64,000 nucleotides of DNA from a virus. Location: positions 3,988-67,987 of the IMG/VR virus record IMGVR_UViG_3300046524_000141. One strand, 5' to 3'. The notes under the pieces are model-generated. The model searched no databases and had not been told where the DNA came from. It was given only the letters and a program-made list of their open reading frames with translations. Shown one piece after another: positions 39,679-50,582 of this stretch (the stretch's first letter is position 1; the number at the start of each line of letters is the position of its first letter). Both the position numbers and the translations under genes were made by a program.

Positions 39679-39764
39679 AGTATAGCGAATCGCTAGCTAC
39701 TTGCAACAACTATTTTTAGCGATTCGCACGGATGCGCTAGCGATATATTTATAGCGATTCACTG
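39679..39764 (-). promoter_or_regulatory. pL promoter with three operators (OL)
   Basis: Minus strand TTGCAA-16nt-TATACT; TAGCGAATCGCTA (39683), TAGCGATTCGCAC (39717), TAGCGATTCACTG (39752). Confidence 0.8.
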
Positions 39765-39783
39765 GCGAGTGTTGTATAGACGC

Positions 39784-39808
39784 AAAAAACCCCGCACGCG
39801 GCGGGGTT
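39784..39808 (-). terminator. cI terminator
   Basis: AACCCCGC/GCGGGGTT hairpin with a T tract on the minus strand. Confidence 0.75.
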
Positions 39809-39830
39809 CGTTGGGGGGGAGTGGTGGAGC

Positions 39831-40640
39831 TTAGAGGAGGTTGTCTGTCCAGACGGCCCGGCCAATGATCATGGTTCGGTCGTCAGGCGGAAGGATCTTG
39901 TCGGGAAACTGAGTCTTGTCTGGATTGTCGCTGCGGAGAATCCAGACTATCGCCCCAGCTGCAGGGTGATAGTCGTGCACCAGGCGCTTCAGGATCAGGC
40001 CGCCATCTGGTAGGCAGGCGGCGTATATTTTTCCGTCGATTGGGCTCCTCGCCGCTGTATTGATTAATACGACTCTACCGTCCTGTATGGTGGGCCGCAT
40101 GCTGCCGCCGTCAGCGTAAATGATACGCGCCGCATGCTCTGGTACACCCTGCTCTCGCAGGAAGGATTTCTTGAAGGCGAGACCACCTTTAACAACAACA
40201 TGGTCCTCGAACCGGCCGTTGCCGCAGGCCGCCGCGATGTCTAACTGGGGCACGAATGCGAACTCTTCTTCTGTGGGTTGGGGAAGATCTCCTTCGGTAA
40301 GATTACGCCCCGCATCTGGCCCGCTTTCAGAAATCAAACGTTTGCGATGCCTCTTATTCGCAAGATCGGAAGCGTTTGAATTATGGTAAGCGGACGCCGA
40401 ATTATCTGTGTGCTCAACGTCCATCCAGCCGTGGCCCTCCCCTATGGCGCGCTCAAGCTTCCGCGCCATGGTGTCGCCCATCCCCTTGGGCTTGCCTGTC
40501 TTGCTCTCCGGCGTCCTGTTCTTGATCTGGCTTAGGTAGGCGGCCGATACCCCAGCCTTCTCCGCCAGGGCCGTAATGGTGTTGTGTCGCTCTATCGCGA
40601 TCAGCAGGTTCTCGCGGCGAATCTCATCAATTGTCTTCAT
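39831..40640 (-). CDS. cI: CI-like repressor (HTH plus S24 peptidase)
   Basis: HTH LAEKAGVSAAYLSQI; ACG.G cleavage site; GGSMRPTI and LKRL catalytic motifs. Confidence 0.92.
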   Translation of the reverse strand: MKTIDEIRRENLLIAIERHNTITALAEKAGVSAAYLSQIKNRTPESKTGKPKGMGDTMARKLERAIGEGHGWMDVEHTDNSASAYHNSNASDLANKRHRKRLISESGPDAGRNLTEGDLPQPTEEEFAFVPQLDIAAACGNGRFEDHVVVKGGLAFKKSFLREQGVPEHAARIIYADGGSMRPTIQDGRVVLINTAARSPIDGKIYAACLPDGGLILKRLVHDYHPAAGAIVWILRSDNPDKTQFPDKILPPDDRTMIIGRAVWTDNLL

Positions 40641-40653
40641 GGCCGCAATTTCA

Positions 40654-40718
40654 TAGCAAAACGCTAACGAATGGAATGTGCGATTCGCTATTGCATTCAG
40701 CTAGCGAATCGCTATAAT
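40654..40718 (+). promoter_or_regulatory. OR operators and pR
   Basis: TAGCAAAACGCTA (40654), GTGCGATTCGCTA (40678), TAGCGAATCGCTA (40702); TTGCAT-16nt-TATAAT. Confidence 0.8.
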
Positions 40719-40725
40719 GACCTGC

Positions 40726-41061
40726 ATGAACCTGAAAACTTACCTCTCTCTTGAACGCGGACGCACCAGCGCATTGGCTCGAGCAATCGGAGCTCATGCC
40801 CCCGATGTTAGCCGATGGGCTGACGGGAAGCGCCCGATTCCGATCCAGTTCGGCATTCCGATCGAACAGGCGACCAAGGGAGAGGTAACCCGACTGGAGA
40901 TTTTTCCGGTCGATGTGATTGAAAAGGTTTGGCCGGAATTGCTGAAACGCAAGAGTAAGCGAGCCAGCAAGGTCGATGAAGCGGCTGCGTCCGACGACAC
41001 CCAGCCGCCCGTAGGTTCGGGACCGAAGAAGAAGGACAAGCTGGCAAGAATGAGCGCGTAA
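40726..41061 (+). CDS. cro: Cro/YdaS-like regulator, probably leaderless
   Basis: LARAIG....VSRWA.G.RPIP....IE.AT.G.VT motif; ATG 7 nt after the -10 box. Confidence 0.85.
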   Translation: MNLKTYLSLERGRTSALARAIGAHAPDVSRWADGKRPIPIQFGIPIEQATKGEVTRLEIFPVDVIEKVWPELLKRKSKRASKVDEAAASDDTQPPVGSGPKKKDKLARMSA

Positions 41062-41174
41062 CAGTTCAGGTTTCAAAGTTTTCTCATGGGGTCCATCGAC
41101 CCCATTAATTTCGCCCGGTGTCCTCTGACGTTTCAACCGGTATTTCAATGAAATATTGCTATTAGGAGCACCTG

Positions 41175-41576
41175 ATGCAACACCAACATGGCCTACCAGA
41201 CGCCTACGAGCCGGGCGCACTAGCAGGCTCGGTTGATTTGGCACCGAAGGCGCTGGCGTTTGTGCCGAAGTCCGAGATCGTTGAGTGCACGTCCTTTCGC
41301 GACGCCTGCCACCTTGCGTGGAAGTACAGGACGCGTAAGAACCTGACATTCAGTCACCTGGCGGTGGCGATCGACGGGCTATACGCGTCGCACGCGTCTG
41401 AATACTTCGCCAAGAACCCGATCAGTTCCAAAGGGAAGCAACTCCGGGATCTTCCGGCGAAGCATGTAGCAGCGGTTCAGCGTGAGTTGGGCAACTACGC
41501 AATCAGCCAATGGCTGGCGCGAATGGCCATGCTCACCCTCATGGAAGAAGTAATCACATCACAGAGGGGCCTATGA
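41175..41576 (+). CDS. CII-position regulator-like protein
   Basis: AGGAG RBS; position after cro; weak HTH-like pattern. Confidence 0.55.
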   Translation: MQHQHGLPDAYEPGALAGSVDLAPKALAFVPKSEIVECTSFRDACHLAWKYRTRKNLTFSHLAVAIDGLYASHASEYFAKNPISSKGKQLRDLPAKHVAAVQRELGNYAISQWLARMAMLTLMEEVITSQRGL

Positions 41577-41577
41577 C

Positions 41578-42029
41578 ATGACGGAAGGCGAGGCGCTTCA
41601 GATCGGCCGGAAGGCCGTAGAGGACGCCCGAAAGCGGGTGGGGGTTGATAAAAACGCGTTGGAACGGGAGTTGGAAGCAAAGGCAGGGACCGATCCGGAA
41701 TTGATGACGGCTTTCGCGTTGGCAGGCCATCTAATTCTCCGGTCACAGCAGGACCAGAAACACTGAAGCAAGCGCCGGTCGGACCGGCCGGCGCCCTAAC
41801 CCTAAATAGCAGTACTAACGCTACGGAGAACGGCATGAGCATCGTGACAAACCCCAAGCGCCTTGCACTGGTTGTAATCGACACGGCCCGCCAGCGCTAT
41901 ACGCGATACCTCGGCGCACAGAAGGATCACAGCATCGAAGGCGACTGGTTGACGGAACGCGAAGTCGAGCACTTCCGCATCAACCCGCTCGACTTCATCT
42001 GTACGCATTGCGAGCCGGAAGTTGCATGA
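41578..42029 (+). CDS. Two small hypothetical proteins (41578-41766, 41835-42029)
   Basis: RBS present; co-oriented with the pR operon. Confidence 0.5.
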
Positions 42030-42154
42030 GAGCCGTCATTTTCTTCACATCGCTGGCCTGCCTGTGTGGCTTGATTGTGTGGGGCGGCTGCGAACTGATT
42101 GCGCGGCTGCCATAGGGCATTACCTGCTGTTGACCAATAGTCAAGGAGCCTGAA

Positions 42155-42967
42155 TTGGCCAAGAATTCGATTGACGCCTACGGCGCATCCGGCAAGACGA
42201 ACCTGCTCTACTTCGATCCCGAAGTGCTGATGCTGGTCATCGACGAGGCGTCGCCCCTGTACGACCCGCGTGTGCATCTGCCGGTCGACGAAGACCTCGC
42301 GCGCAACATCGATTACCAGGGCGTGCTTGAGCCGGTCCTGATCCAGAAGAATCCCGAGACTGGCACTGTCGAAGTGGTCGTCGGCCGCCAACGAGTCAAG
42401 GCCGCGCGCCTGGCTAACGAGTGGCGCAAGGGTCGCGGTGTTGCGCCGATCCATGTTCCGGCTTATGTCTACAAGGGCGACCGTCGTAACGCGCTCGACG
42501 TGATCGTCAGCGAGAACGAAGTCCGTCAGGCGGATACGCCGTTGGGCCGCGCCGAGAAAATGCGCCGGCTGATGGCTCTCGGTCGCGGTGAGCAGGAAAT
42601 CGCTGTTGTGTTCGGCTGCAAGCCCGCTACGGTGCGCAACACCCTCGCACTGCTCGAATGCTGCGCTGACGTCCAGAAGGCTGTCGAGGGCGGAAAGATC
42701 GGCGTCACGCACGCCAAGCAACTCGCCGCACTGGCGCCCGCTGAACAACGCGCGAAGGTTGCCGAACTGGTTACCGCTGGCGCTGGCGTAGGACCGCATG
42801 AACGGGCTCGCAAGCAACGGGAAGTACTGGGCGACAACAAACCGCGCATGAAGACCTGCAAGCAGATTTTAGCTGAGATCGAAGTCGATCCGACTGGCGA
42901 GCGTGCTAAGGCGTTGCGCTGGGTGCTGGGAATCTCCAGTGATGCGTTGATTTCGGCGGCGACATGA
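42155..42967 (+). CDS. ParB/Spo0J-like protein
   Basis: GVLEPV...VVGRQRVKA, ENE.R and an HTH. Confidence 0.85.
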   Translation: MAKNSIDAYGASGKTNLLYFDPEVLMLVIDEASPLYDPRVHLPVDEDLARNIDYQGVLEPVLIQKNPETGTVEVVVGRQRVKAARLANEWRKGRGVAPIHVPAYVYKGDRRNALDVIVSENEVRQADTPLGRAEKMRRLMALGRGEQEIAVVFGCKPATVRNTLALLECCADVQKAVEGGKIGVTHAKQLAALAPAEQRAKVAELVTAGAGVGPHERARKQREVLGDNKPRMKTCKQILAEIEVDPTGERAKALRWVLGISSDALISAAT

Positions 42968-43099
42968 TCGATGCGGATGACTGCCTGCAGTCGCCACTGC
43001 CCGAGCGCGATTCGACTGGATCGCAGGACACGCTGGTGCTATGCCGTCGTGGGTATCGCTTCCCGTCGCATAGCGCTTGAGAACGACCAAGGACAGGAT

Positions 43100-43855
43100 A
43101 TGGATTGGTGTCGTCTTTACGGCGAGATGCTTGATGACCCGAAGGTAGGGACGCTGGATGACGCCCAATTTCGTACATGGGTGGAACTACTCATGGTCGC
43201 AACCAAGGCAGACGCCAACGGAAATACCAGACTCACGGTCGCGGAAACGAGCATCAATTGGGCACTTAGGCGTAACGCTACGGTAACGTTACAGGAATTG
43301 TTACAGCGAGAACTCGTAACGCTTAACGAAATCGGCGAAATCGTCATTACCGAGTGGGACAAGCGTCAGAAGAAAAGTGATTCCAGTGCAGAGCGCGTAG
43401 CAAAACACCGTGCCAATCAAAGACTTAGCGATGCTAACGATAGTGAAACGTTACAGAAACGTGATGGTAACGGCCTAGATAAGAGTAGAGAAGATAAGAG
43501 TAGAGAAGAAACCAAACCTAAAAACACACGCGCTCCGCGCTTTGATGCGCAAGCGCATCTTGAATCTCTCGGAGTTGATTCGAAAGTTGCAAGGGATTGG
43601 CTGAAGCTCAGGAAGGAAAAGCGCCTCGCTCCTACGGAAACCGCCTTTCAGGGTGTGATGGACGAAGCGAAGAAGGCAGGCATATCGATGAACGAAGCCC
43701 TGCTGACATGCTGCAAACGGGGTTGGGGTGGATTCGAGGCGAAGTGGTTGAGCGCCAAGCCTTTGAGTCTGGTTCCAGCATCGAAACAAGGCCGCCACAG
43801 CGGCTTCGATCAAATCGACTACCGGGATGGGGTGAGCGATGACGGCAGTTTTTGA
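43100..43855 (+). CDS. Replication initiator (O-like/replisome organiser)
   Basis: W.RLY..MLDDPK N-terminus, SSAERV.KHR and W.GF.A.W C-terminus; precedes the DnaC-like gene. Confidence 0.8.
   Translation: MDWCRLYGEMLDDPKVGTLDDAQFRTWVELLMVATKADANGNTRLTVAETSINWALRRNATVTLQELLQRELVTLNEIGEIVITEWDKRQKKSDSSAERVAKHRANQRLSDANDSETLQKRDGNGLDKSREDKSREETKPKNTRAPRFDAQAHLESLGVDSKVARDWLKLRKEKRLAPTETAFQGVMDEAKKAGISMNEALLTCCKRGWGGFEAKWLSAKPLSLVPASKQGRHSGFDQIDYRDGVSDDGSF
43271..43509. repeat. Putative origin iterons within the initiator gene
   Basis: Clustered GTAACG/CGTTAC copies in an AT-rich stretch, plus tandem AGATAAGAGTAGAGA x2. Confidence 0.55.
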
Positions 43856-44621
43856 GGCAACAAAACATACGAAATCCGCCATGTGCGAACAGCACGGCGC
43901 CTATGAGTCTGTCGGCACGGACATGCCGATCCTGCGCAACAAGGTCTTCTGGTCCGGCTGCCCGACATGTGCGGAGCAGCACCGCGTGACCGAAGAAAAG
44001 CGCCGGGTCGAAGAAGCGGAGACCGATCGCCAGCGACGCATGGAGCAGCGCCTGAGCATGTCCGGCATCCCGCAGCGCTTCCGTGATCGCACGTTCGAGA
44101 ACTTCGTTGCCGACACCGATCCGAAGCGGCAGGCCCTGTCGGTGGCGATTGAGTTCGCAACCGAATTCGCCAGCCATGCCGAGCGCGGCACGACGGTCAT
44201 CTTTTCCGGCAAGCCCGGCACTGGCAAAAGCCACTTGGCGCTGGCCGCTGCGATGGTTGTCATGAAGTCGAGCACGGCGCTTTACATCAACGCCTTGGAC
44301 TTGATCCGCATGGTGCGTGATACGTGGCGCCGCGATTCGGAAATGTCCGAGGTTGCCGTGCTGAATGACCTGACCTCTGTCGGGCTTCTGGTGATCGACG
44401 AGATCGGCGTCCAGTACGGCACCGATGGCGAGCAAGTGATCCTGTTCGACGTGCTGAACCGCCGCTACCGCGACCTGATGCCGACGTTCCTGCTGACGAA
44501 CCTTGGGAAGGCCGGCATGAAGGAATTTCTGGGCGAACGCAGTTTCGACCGGCTTCGTGAGGGTGGGATCTGGGTGGCGTTCGATTGGGACAGCTTTCGC
44601 GGATCGAGGAAGGCAGCATGA
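43839..44621 (+). CDS. DnaC/IstB-like helicase loader ATPase
   Basis: C..HG...CP.C, GKPGTGKSHLA Walker A, LLVIDEIG Walker B. Confidence 0.92.
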   Translation: MTAVFEATKHTKSAMCEQHGAYESVGTDMPILRNKVFWSGCPTCAEQHRVTEEKRRVEEAETDRQRRMEQRLSMSGIPQRFRDRTFENFVADTDPKRQALSVAIEFATEFASHAERGTTVIFSGKPGTGKSHLALAAAMVVMKSSTALYINALDLIRMVRDTWRRDSEMSEVAVLNDLTSVGLLVIDEIGVQYGTDGEQVILFDVLNRRYRDLMPTFLLTNLGKAGMKEFLGERSFDRLREGGIWVAFDWDSFRGSRKAA

Positions 44622-45045
44622 GTCGCCAACTGAAGCCCCGCATTGCAGATTTCCTCGCTGACCAGCCGCATGGCGCGCCAGTCTGGCAGATCGCGGAAGC
44701 GCTTGGATCGAGCAACGACACCACCGTCCAGGCGCTGCGCCGGATGGCTGAGCGTTGCGAAGCGGTGCTGGTGTGCGATTCCGCCCTGCTCCCGCATACC
44801 GTGTGGACGCTTCCTCCCGGTTCAACGCCGCAGATCTTCCGGGCCATGGAAACGCTTCAGGCAATGCAGAACGCTGCGAGGCGGGCATGACTCCCGGTGA
44901 GGTAGCCGAGGTAGTCGAGGAAATCGCCGAATGGTCACTGCAGGCACGCCGCGAGTATCTGGCCAACATGCGTAAGGCATTCGGGGAGGCAGCAGAGAGG
45001 CAACTGAAGGAAGCGCTTCAGGCGCTTTGGACTGAACGGAAGTAA
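44618..45045 (+). CDS. Two hypothetical proteins (44618-44890 HTH-like; 44887-45045)
   Basis: ATGA-coupled. Confidence 0.55.
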
Positions 45046-45057
45046 TGGGGGTGGGGA

Positions 45058-46170
45058 ATGAAACAGATAGCGAGAAGTGTGAATAGTAGTCCTCAATGGG
45101 TGGACAAATGCCATTTCGGCGATTGCCGCGACACGATGCGCGCAATGATCGCTGACGGCGTGAAGGTGCAGACGATAGTGACGTCGCCGCCCTACTGGGG
45201 TTTGCGCGACTATGGCGTCGAAGGCCAAATCGGCATGGAGCCGACGTTGCGCGAGTTCATCGCGACTCTGGTCGACGTGTTCGAACTCTGCCGCGATCTG
45301 CTCGCCGACGATGGCACGGCCTGGGTGAATATGGGCGATGCCTACGCCGGATCGTGGGGCGCGCAGGGGCGCAAGAGCGTCGACGCAGCGGAAGTCTCCG
45401 CATTGAGCGCGAATCAGGTCTCGGCGGCGCAGTCCCGCACCACCAAGACTGGATCTCTTGACCGCGTACCGGGCCTGAAGGCCAAAGACCTGATGGGCCA
45501 GCCCTGGCGCCTCGCTTTCGCCCTGCAGGACGCTGGTTGGTATCTCCGCCAGGACATTGTGTGGTCGAAGCCGAACCCCATGCCGGAATCCGTGCAAGAC
45601 CGTTGCACCAAGGCGCACGAATACATGTTTCTTCTCTCGAAGAGCGAGCGCTATTACTTCGACGCTGAAGCTATCAAAGAGCAGCGGTCGCAAGACGAAG
45701 ACTCAAGCACTTTCCGTGGCGGCTGCTACGTCGAAGGCGACACCGACAACGGATCGATGGGAAAGCGCCGCGTGCCCGGCAACAAGTCGCACAAGGGCAC
45801 GTCGACCTATGAGGCTGGCGACGAGCGCCACCGCACCAAGGCCGGATTGGTTGCGTTTGCGGAGCGCGAGCGGGCAGCCGATCAGAGTGATCTCGGCATG
45901 CGCAACAAGCGGTCCGTCTGGACCATCGCCACGCAACCCTATGCCGCCGCTCACTTTGCCACGTTTCCGGAAAGGTTGGTCGAGCCCTGCGTGCTGGCCG
46001 GATCTCGAGTCGGCGACGTCGTATTCGATCCGTTCTTTGGATCGGGCACCACCGGCCAGGTTGCATCGCGCCTCGGTCGCCGCTTTCTCGGTTGCGAGTT
46101 GAATCCCGAATACGAGGCGCTGCAGCGCGATCGTCTGCGTCAGCCCGGTCTTCAGTTGGAGGTTGCATGA
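45058..46170 (+). CDS. DNA amino-methyltransferase (N4-C/N6-A, beta class)
   Basis: TSPPY, HFATFP and DPFFGSGTT motifs. Confidence 0.92.
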   Translation: MKQIARSVNSSPQWVDKCHFGDCRDTMRAMIADGVKVQTIVTSPPYWGLRDYGVEGQIGMEPTLREFIATLVDVFELCRDLLADDGTAWVNMGDAYAGSWGAQGRKSVDAAEVSALSANQVSAAQSRTTKTGSLDRVPGLKAKDLMGQPWRLAFALQDAGWYLRQDIVWSKPNPMPESVQDRCTKAHEYMFLLSKSERYYFDAEAIKEQRSQDEDSSTFRGGCYVEGDTDNGSMGKRRVPGNKSHKGTSTYEAGDERHRTKAGLVAFAERERAADQSDLGMRNKRSVWTIATQPYAAAHFATFPERLVEPCVLAGSRVGDVVFDPFFGSGTTGQVASRLGRRFLGCELNPEYEALQRDRLRQPGLQLEVA

Positions 46171-46604
46171 ACGAAATTACTTTCACGGTGCCCGGCGTGC
46201 CAGTCGGCAAGGGCCGCCCGAAGTTCTCACGCCACGGCGCGCATGTGATGGTGCGAACACCCGAAAAGACAGCGAACTACGAGAACCTGGTCAAGTTAGC
46301 CGCAGCCGATGCAATGGCCGGTGCAGCGCCGATGAAGCGCCCTGTCGCCCTGCTGCTCACGATGAACATGCCGATCCCTGCGAGCTGGTCGAAGAAGCGC
46401 CAGGAATTGGCGATGCGCGGTCTGATCGGCGCGACTATCAAGCCGGATCTGGACAACGTCTGCAAGGCGATCGCCGACGCGATGAACGGAATTGTCTATC
46501 AAGACGACAAGTTGATCGTCTCGGCAACGATCGTGAAGCAATACGGGACTGTACCGCACGTTTCGGTACGGGTTCAGGAATATGCAGAAAGGGAGGCCGC
46601 ATGA
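46167..46604 (+). CDS. rusA: RusA Holliday junction resolvase
   Basis: P.GKGRP and KPDLDN..K...DA.NG..Y.DD motifs. Confidence 0.9.
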   Translation: MNEITFTVPGVPVGKGRPKFSRHGAHVMVRTPEKTANYENLVKLAAADAMAGAAPMKRPVALLLTMNMPIPASWSKKRQELAMRGLIGATIKPDLDNVCKAIADAMNGIVYQDDKLIVSATIVKQYGTVPHVSVRVQEYAEREAA

Positions 46605-48536
46605 GCCGCAGCCAAAAGCAACACAAACCGCACTACGACCGAAACAAGTCCCCTATTCATCGCCTGGCCGCGATTACCCGGCTGACGGTAGCAAAGATCG
46701 CCAGGGAGCCGATGACGGATGCGGAAATCGGCCGACTCGAAATCGCCGTGTTGGCAGCAATAGATTGCATCGCGAAAGGATTCGGGACCGGCGATCACTG
46801 GGATGTGATTGCCAAGGCTATCAATCAGTCGTGGATTTTCGCGACGGAAGCTGGAACCGGCGAAGAGGCAAAGCCTTATCTGCTGGTGGCACAACAAGGA
46901 ATGGAGCGCATGAAGAAGCGCTACCTTGAGACCGGAAAGATGGCATTTGATGGCCTCGCGCTGGAAGCGGTGCGACGTGCAGTCGAGATTTGGCGCGATC
47001 AACTGAAGATGAGCACGCTGGGCGAGTTGACCGCGGCGAGCGATGTGGTGCAGCGGCACTTTTACCGGAAGGAGGCTGCGTGAAAGGCTCCCCTGCAAGC
47101 GGCACCCGTAAGTCTCCCCAAGAGTGGTTGACAACTGAAAACTCGGACCTGACGCGCCTATTCCGCGAGGGCGCTCAGTTGCCGGAAATGCGCGCCGCAC
47201 TTCCGAGGCGCACGGACTCGCAGATTCGTCGACATCTGCATCACCTGAAACTTAAGCGTGATACGCCCCTGTTGGTTCGCACATCGTGGGTGTGGGACGC
47301 AATGAGGGCCGCAATTCTTAAGTACGGGCCAATGACGGCCAGCGAACTGGAAGAGAGAACCGGTAGCGCGCACGGTGCCGTTCTGCGAATGATCGAGCGT
47401 TTTCATGGCAATGGCCTGTATGTGTCGGAATGGAAGGCGACATGCCGCAAGCCGGCCGCGCTATGGGCACTAGGCAATAAACCGGATGCTGACAAGCGGC
47501 TTGTGCTGACTCGGCAGAAGACCGTAAGGAGCGCAAAGGTCAACCCCTTCGCCGCCGCTCTAGGACTTGTCGAGGCACCAAAGGGCGAGCCGGGTCGCGT
47601 GTATATCCACCTGACCGACTCGAAAGACGACGAATTTGCTGACGAGATGGAGTGTGTGGCATGACTCTATTAAATGAAATCATCATCTTCGCACTTTTCG
47701 GCCTTATCGCATTCCTCTTATTCCTGCTCGCTCGCAACGAGATGGTGTTTCGAATCAGGATGGCGTTTCTCGATGATGACGAACTCTACCCTGACGCTTA
47801 CAAGTGTTTGCCGCGCTATGGCGCGATGAGCGACAACCCAAAGCATTATCTGCGGTGGACCAAGAAGCAATGGATTGCGTATGTGCGGGAGGTTGCATGA
47901 CCACTCAAACCCTAAAAGCCATCACGCACAAGGAAGTACTCGCAGTGATGGACCGATACGACGTGCTGCTCTCCGTCGACCGATTCACGGCGATCTTGCA
48001 ATGGTGCGAGCAACGCACGCTTGAATGGGTCGCTGAAACTGAGGATGCCCAGCGTCGGGCTCTCGCCCACACTGCGCTAGATCGCATGGTGGCGAATGCG
48101 GAGGAACCGGGGCTATATGACGATGCGGAGGCCAAATGACTGCTGGCGCATGGGTCCGCTTTATCAATGGCAGATTTGTGGCTCTCACCGATTGGTATCC
48201 GCCGACTACGAAACCAGTTCGCGTCGGTATCTATGAAAGCCAAATTTTCGACGGCGGCTTCATTTATGACTGGCTTGTCCAATGGGATGGCCGCATGTGG
48301 CGCGACAAAAGCGGCTGCAGTCTCTTCGATCAAAACATTACCTGGCGCGGAATCCTGGAGAAAGTGGAATGAACAATTCAGCAGAGCTGGTAGTCAAGAT
48401 CGGAACCCTCTCGCGCAAGATCGAAGAGGCCAGCGCCAAGGGCTTTCGCGAAAACGCCAAGGCTCTCAATCTCGTTTCGGAACTCAAGGATACGGTGGAG
48501 TTGCTGGAGGAACTGGCGCATCGGGAGTTTGCATGA
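46601..48536 (+). CDS. nin-region hypothetical proteins (46601-47083, 47080-47664, 47661-47900, 47897-48139, 48136-48372, 48369-48536)
   Basis: Chain of overlapping stop/start codons with GGAGG RBSs. Confidence 0.65.
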
Positions 48537-49291
48537 GCCGAATCGTCTGTTGGTTCTCGTGCGGCGCGGCCAGTGCAGTCGCGACCAAGCTGGCGATCAC
48601 CGACGCCTGCAAGTCAGGCGCAGAAGTGATCGTCGCCTATGCAGGAATTCTGGAGGAGCACCCTGACAATCGCCGCTTTCTTGCCGACTGCGAAGCATGG
48701 TTTGGACAGAAGGTGGTCATGTTGAGCAACGAGAAGTTCGGCGCGTCGATTTACGAAGTGTTCAAGCGCGAGCGCTTTCTTGTTGGCCCACGCGGTGCGG
48801 CATGCACTCGACTGCTGAAGAAAGGCGTCCGCGAGTCGTTCGAACTCCCCGACGACCGCCAGGTGTTCGGCTACACGATGGAAGAACAGGATCGCGTGGA
48901 CCGGTTCATCGATGCGAACAACCACGTCGATCTGTGGGTGCCGCTGATCGACAGGGGTCTATCGAAAGGTGATTGCCTGGCGATCGTCAAGGGCGCAGGC
49001 ATCCAACTGCCTGCCATGTATGTGCTGGGCTATCGGAACAACAACTGCATCGGCTGCGTCAAGGGCGGAGCTGGCTACTGGAACAAGATCCGCGTCGATT
49101 TCCCGGAAACTTTCGAGCGCATGGCGAAGGTTGAGGAATACCTGGGCCGCACCGTCTGCAAGATCACCGAGGAAGGAGTGACGCGCCGCGTATCGCTTCG
49201 CGAGTTGCCGCCCCATGTTGGCGACTACGAATCCGAGCCCGACATGAGCTGCGGAATTTTCTGCCACATGGCCGAACAGGAGATTGCTTAA
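48533..49291 (+). CDS. PAPS-reductase-like (PP-loop) protein
   Basis: WFSCGAASA, EHPDN.RF, CT..LK and NNC.GCVKGG.GYW motifs. Confidence 0.75.
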   Translation: MSRIVCWFSCGAASAVATKLAITDACKSGAEVIVAYAGILEEHPDNRRFLADCEAWFGQKVVMLSNEKFGASIYEVFKRERFLVGPRGAACTRLLKKGVRESFELPDDRQVFGYTMEEQDRVDRFIDANNHVDLWVPLIDRGLSKGDCLAIVKGAGIQLPAMYVLGYRNNNCIGCVKGGAGYWNKIRVDFPETFERMAKVEEYLGRTVCKITEEGVTRRVSLRELPPHVGDYESEPDMSCGIFCHMAEQEIA

Positions 49292-50582
49292 TGAAAACTG
49301 AAATTTGCCCAACCTACTGGACCCGAATCTACATCGCTGGCGATCTGGCTACGATCAAGCAGGTTTGCCGCGAGAACTGCATGGATGTCGGTCTGTGCGT
49401 CACGGTTGACCCGACGACCTATATCTACACTGGCGGCGAAGAGTCTGGCGCTGTTATCGGCCTAATCAACTACCCGCGCTTCCCGTCGACGCCCGATGAG
49501 ATTTACAACAAGGCTCGCGAACTAGCGGAGAAGATTATGACGCGCTGCTGTCAGCACTCGTTCTCAATCATGACGCAGACTGACACGGTCTGGTTTAGCC
49601 GGAGGCCGGAATGACCTTCACAGCAAAATTCACCGGTACAGAAAGTGCGAGCGGCGTTGGAATCTTCACGATCGGCGACCTGAAATGGCAAATCCGATTT
49701 CCGGATGCCTTCGCTTTCAACGTTGCGTGCGCCGTGATTGAGGCGGCAACTCGCGAGGGAGAGCGGAAAGCGGCGCGGGAATTAGTCGCAAAGGCGCAGG
49801 AATGGGTGGGGGAGAAATGAGCGACGAAATCAAGAAACTCGAGAAAGAGCGCGACTACTGGATGCGCGTCGCCTCCTACCTGGCCTCATGCCATGCGGCC
49901 ACGCTCAGCTATGACGGCACGTTGAAAAGCTGCTCCCGCAGTCGGCGAGATCGGTTCGAAAGCATCGTGGAGATCGCCGCTGACATGATGGACGGCAAAG
50001 ACTGGAAGGCCGGTAGCAGCTACGCGCGTTCGACGCCGGAGAAGAGCCGCGAAGATTGCCTCAAGACGCTGGCTTACGTGAAGGCGGAGGCTGTATGACC
50101 GAAGAAGGCGAAATCAACATCTTCCGCGCACTCGATTTCATCAGAGATAACGCGCAGCCCTACGCCCAAGCCAAGGCCCAGCGCGTCTATCTCGAAAACT
50201 TCCGCAAGAGCAAGAAGGCATTGCTGATGCGGGCAGCGGAAATTCGCGGGCACAAGACGGCGGCCATCCAGGAGCGCGAAGCCTACGCGGATGACGGCTA
50301 TGTCGAGATTCTGGCGGCTCTGCAAGTAGCGACCGAGGAAGAGGAACGGCTCCGCTGGATGATCGTGGCAGCAGAGGCCAAGATCGAATGCTGGCGAACC
50401 ATCGAGGCGAATCGGCGCGCGGAGGCGAGGACACTATGAAATTCACCTTCCTTCTCATATGGGTCGTCTTGCAAATGCTTGTGTGGCCGATCTACTGCGG
50501 TAGCCGTATGCGCAGCGGCATGGCGTCCATCTGCTACTTCGCGACGGCGGCTGCCTTCTGGCTAGGATGGTTTGCCAAATGA
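49291..50582 (+). CDS. nin-region hypothetical proteins (49291-49614, 49611-49820, 49817-50098, 50095-50439, 50436-50582)
   Basis: Coupled ORFs; 50095-50439 is a coiled coil ending WRT.EAN.R. Confidence 0.6.

Noticed and set aside
42155-42967. ParB as evidence of a plasmid prophage
   Set aside because: No ParA or parS array was seen, an integrase and attP are present, and ParB-like genes are common in this position.
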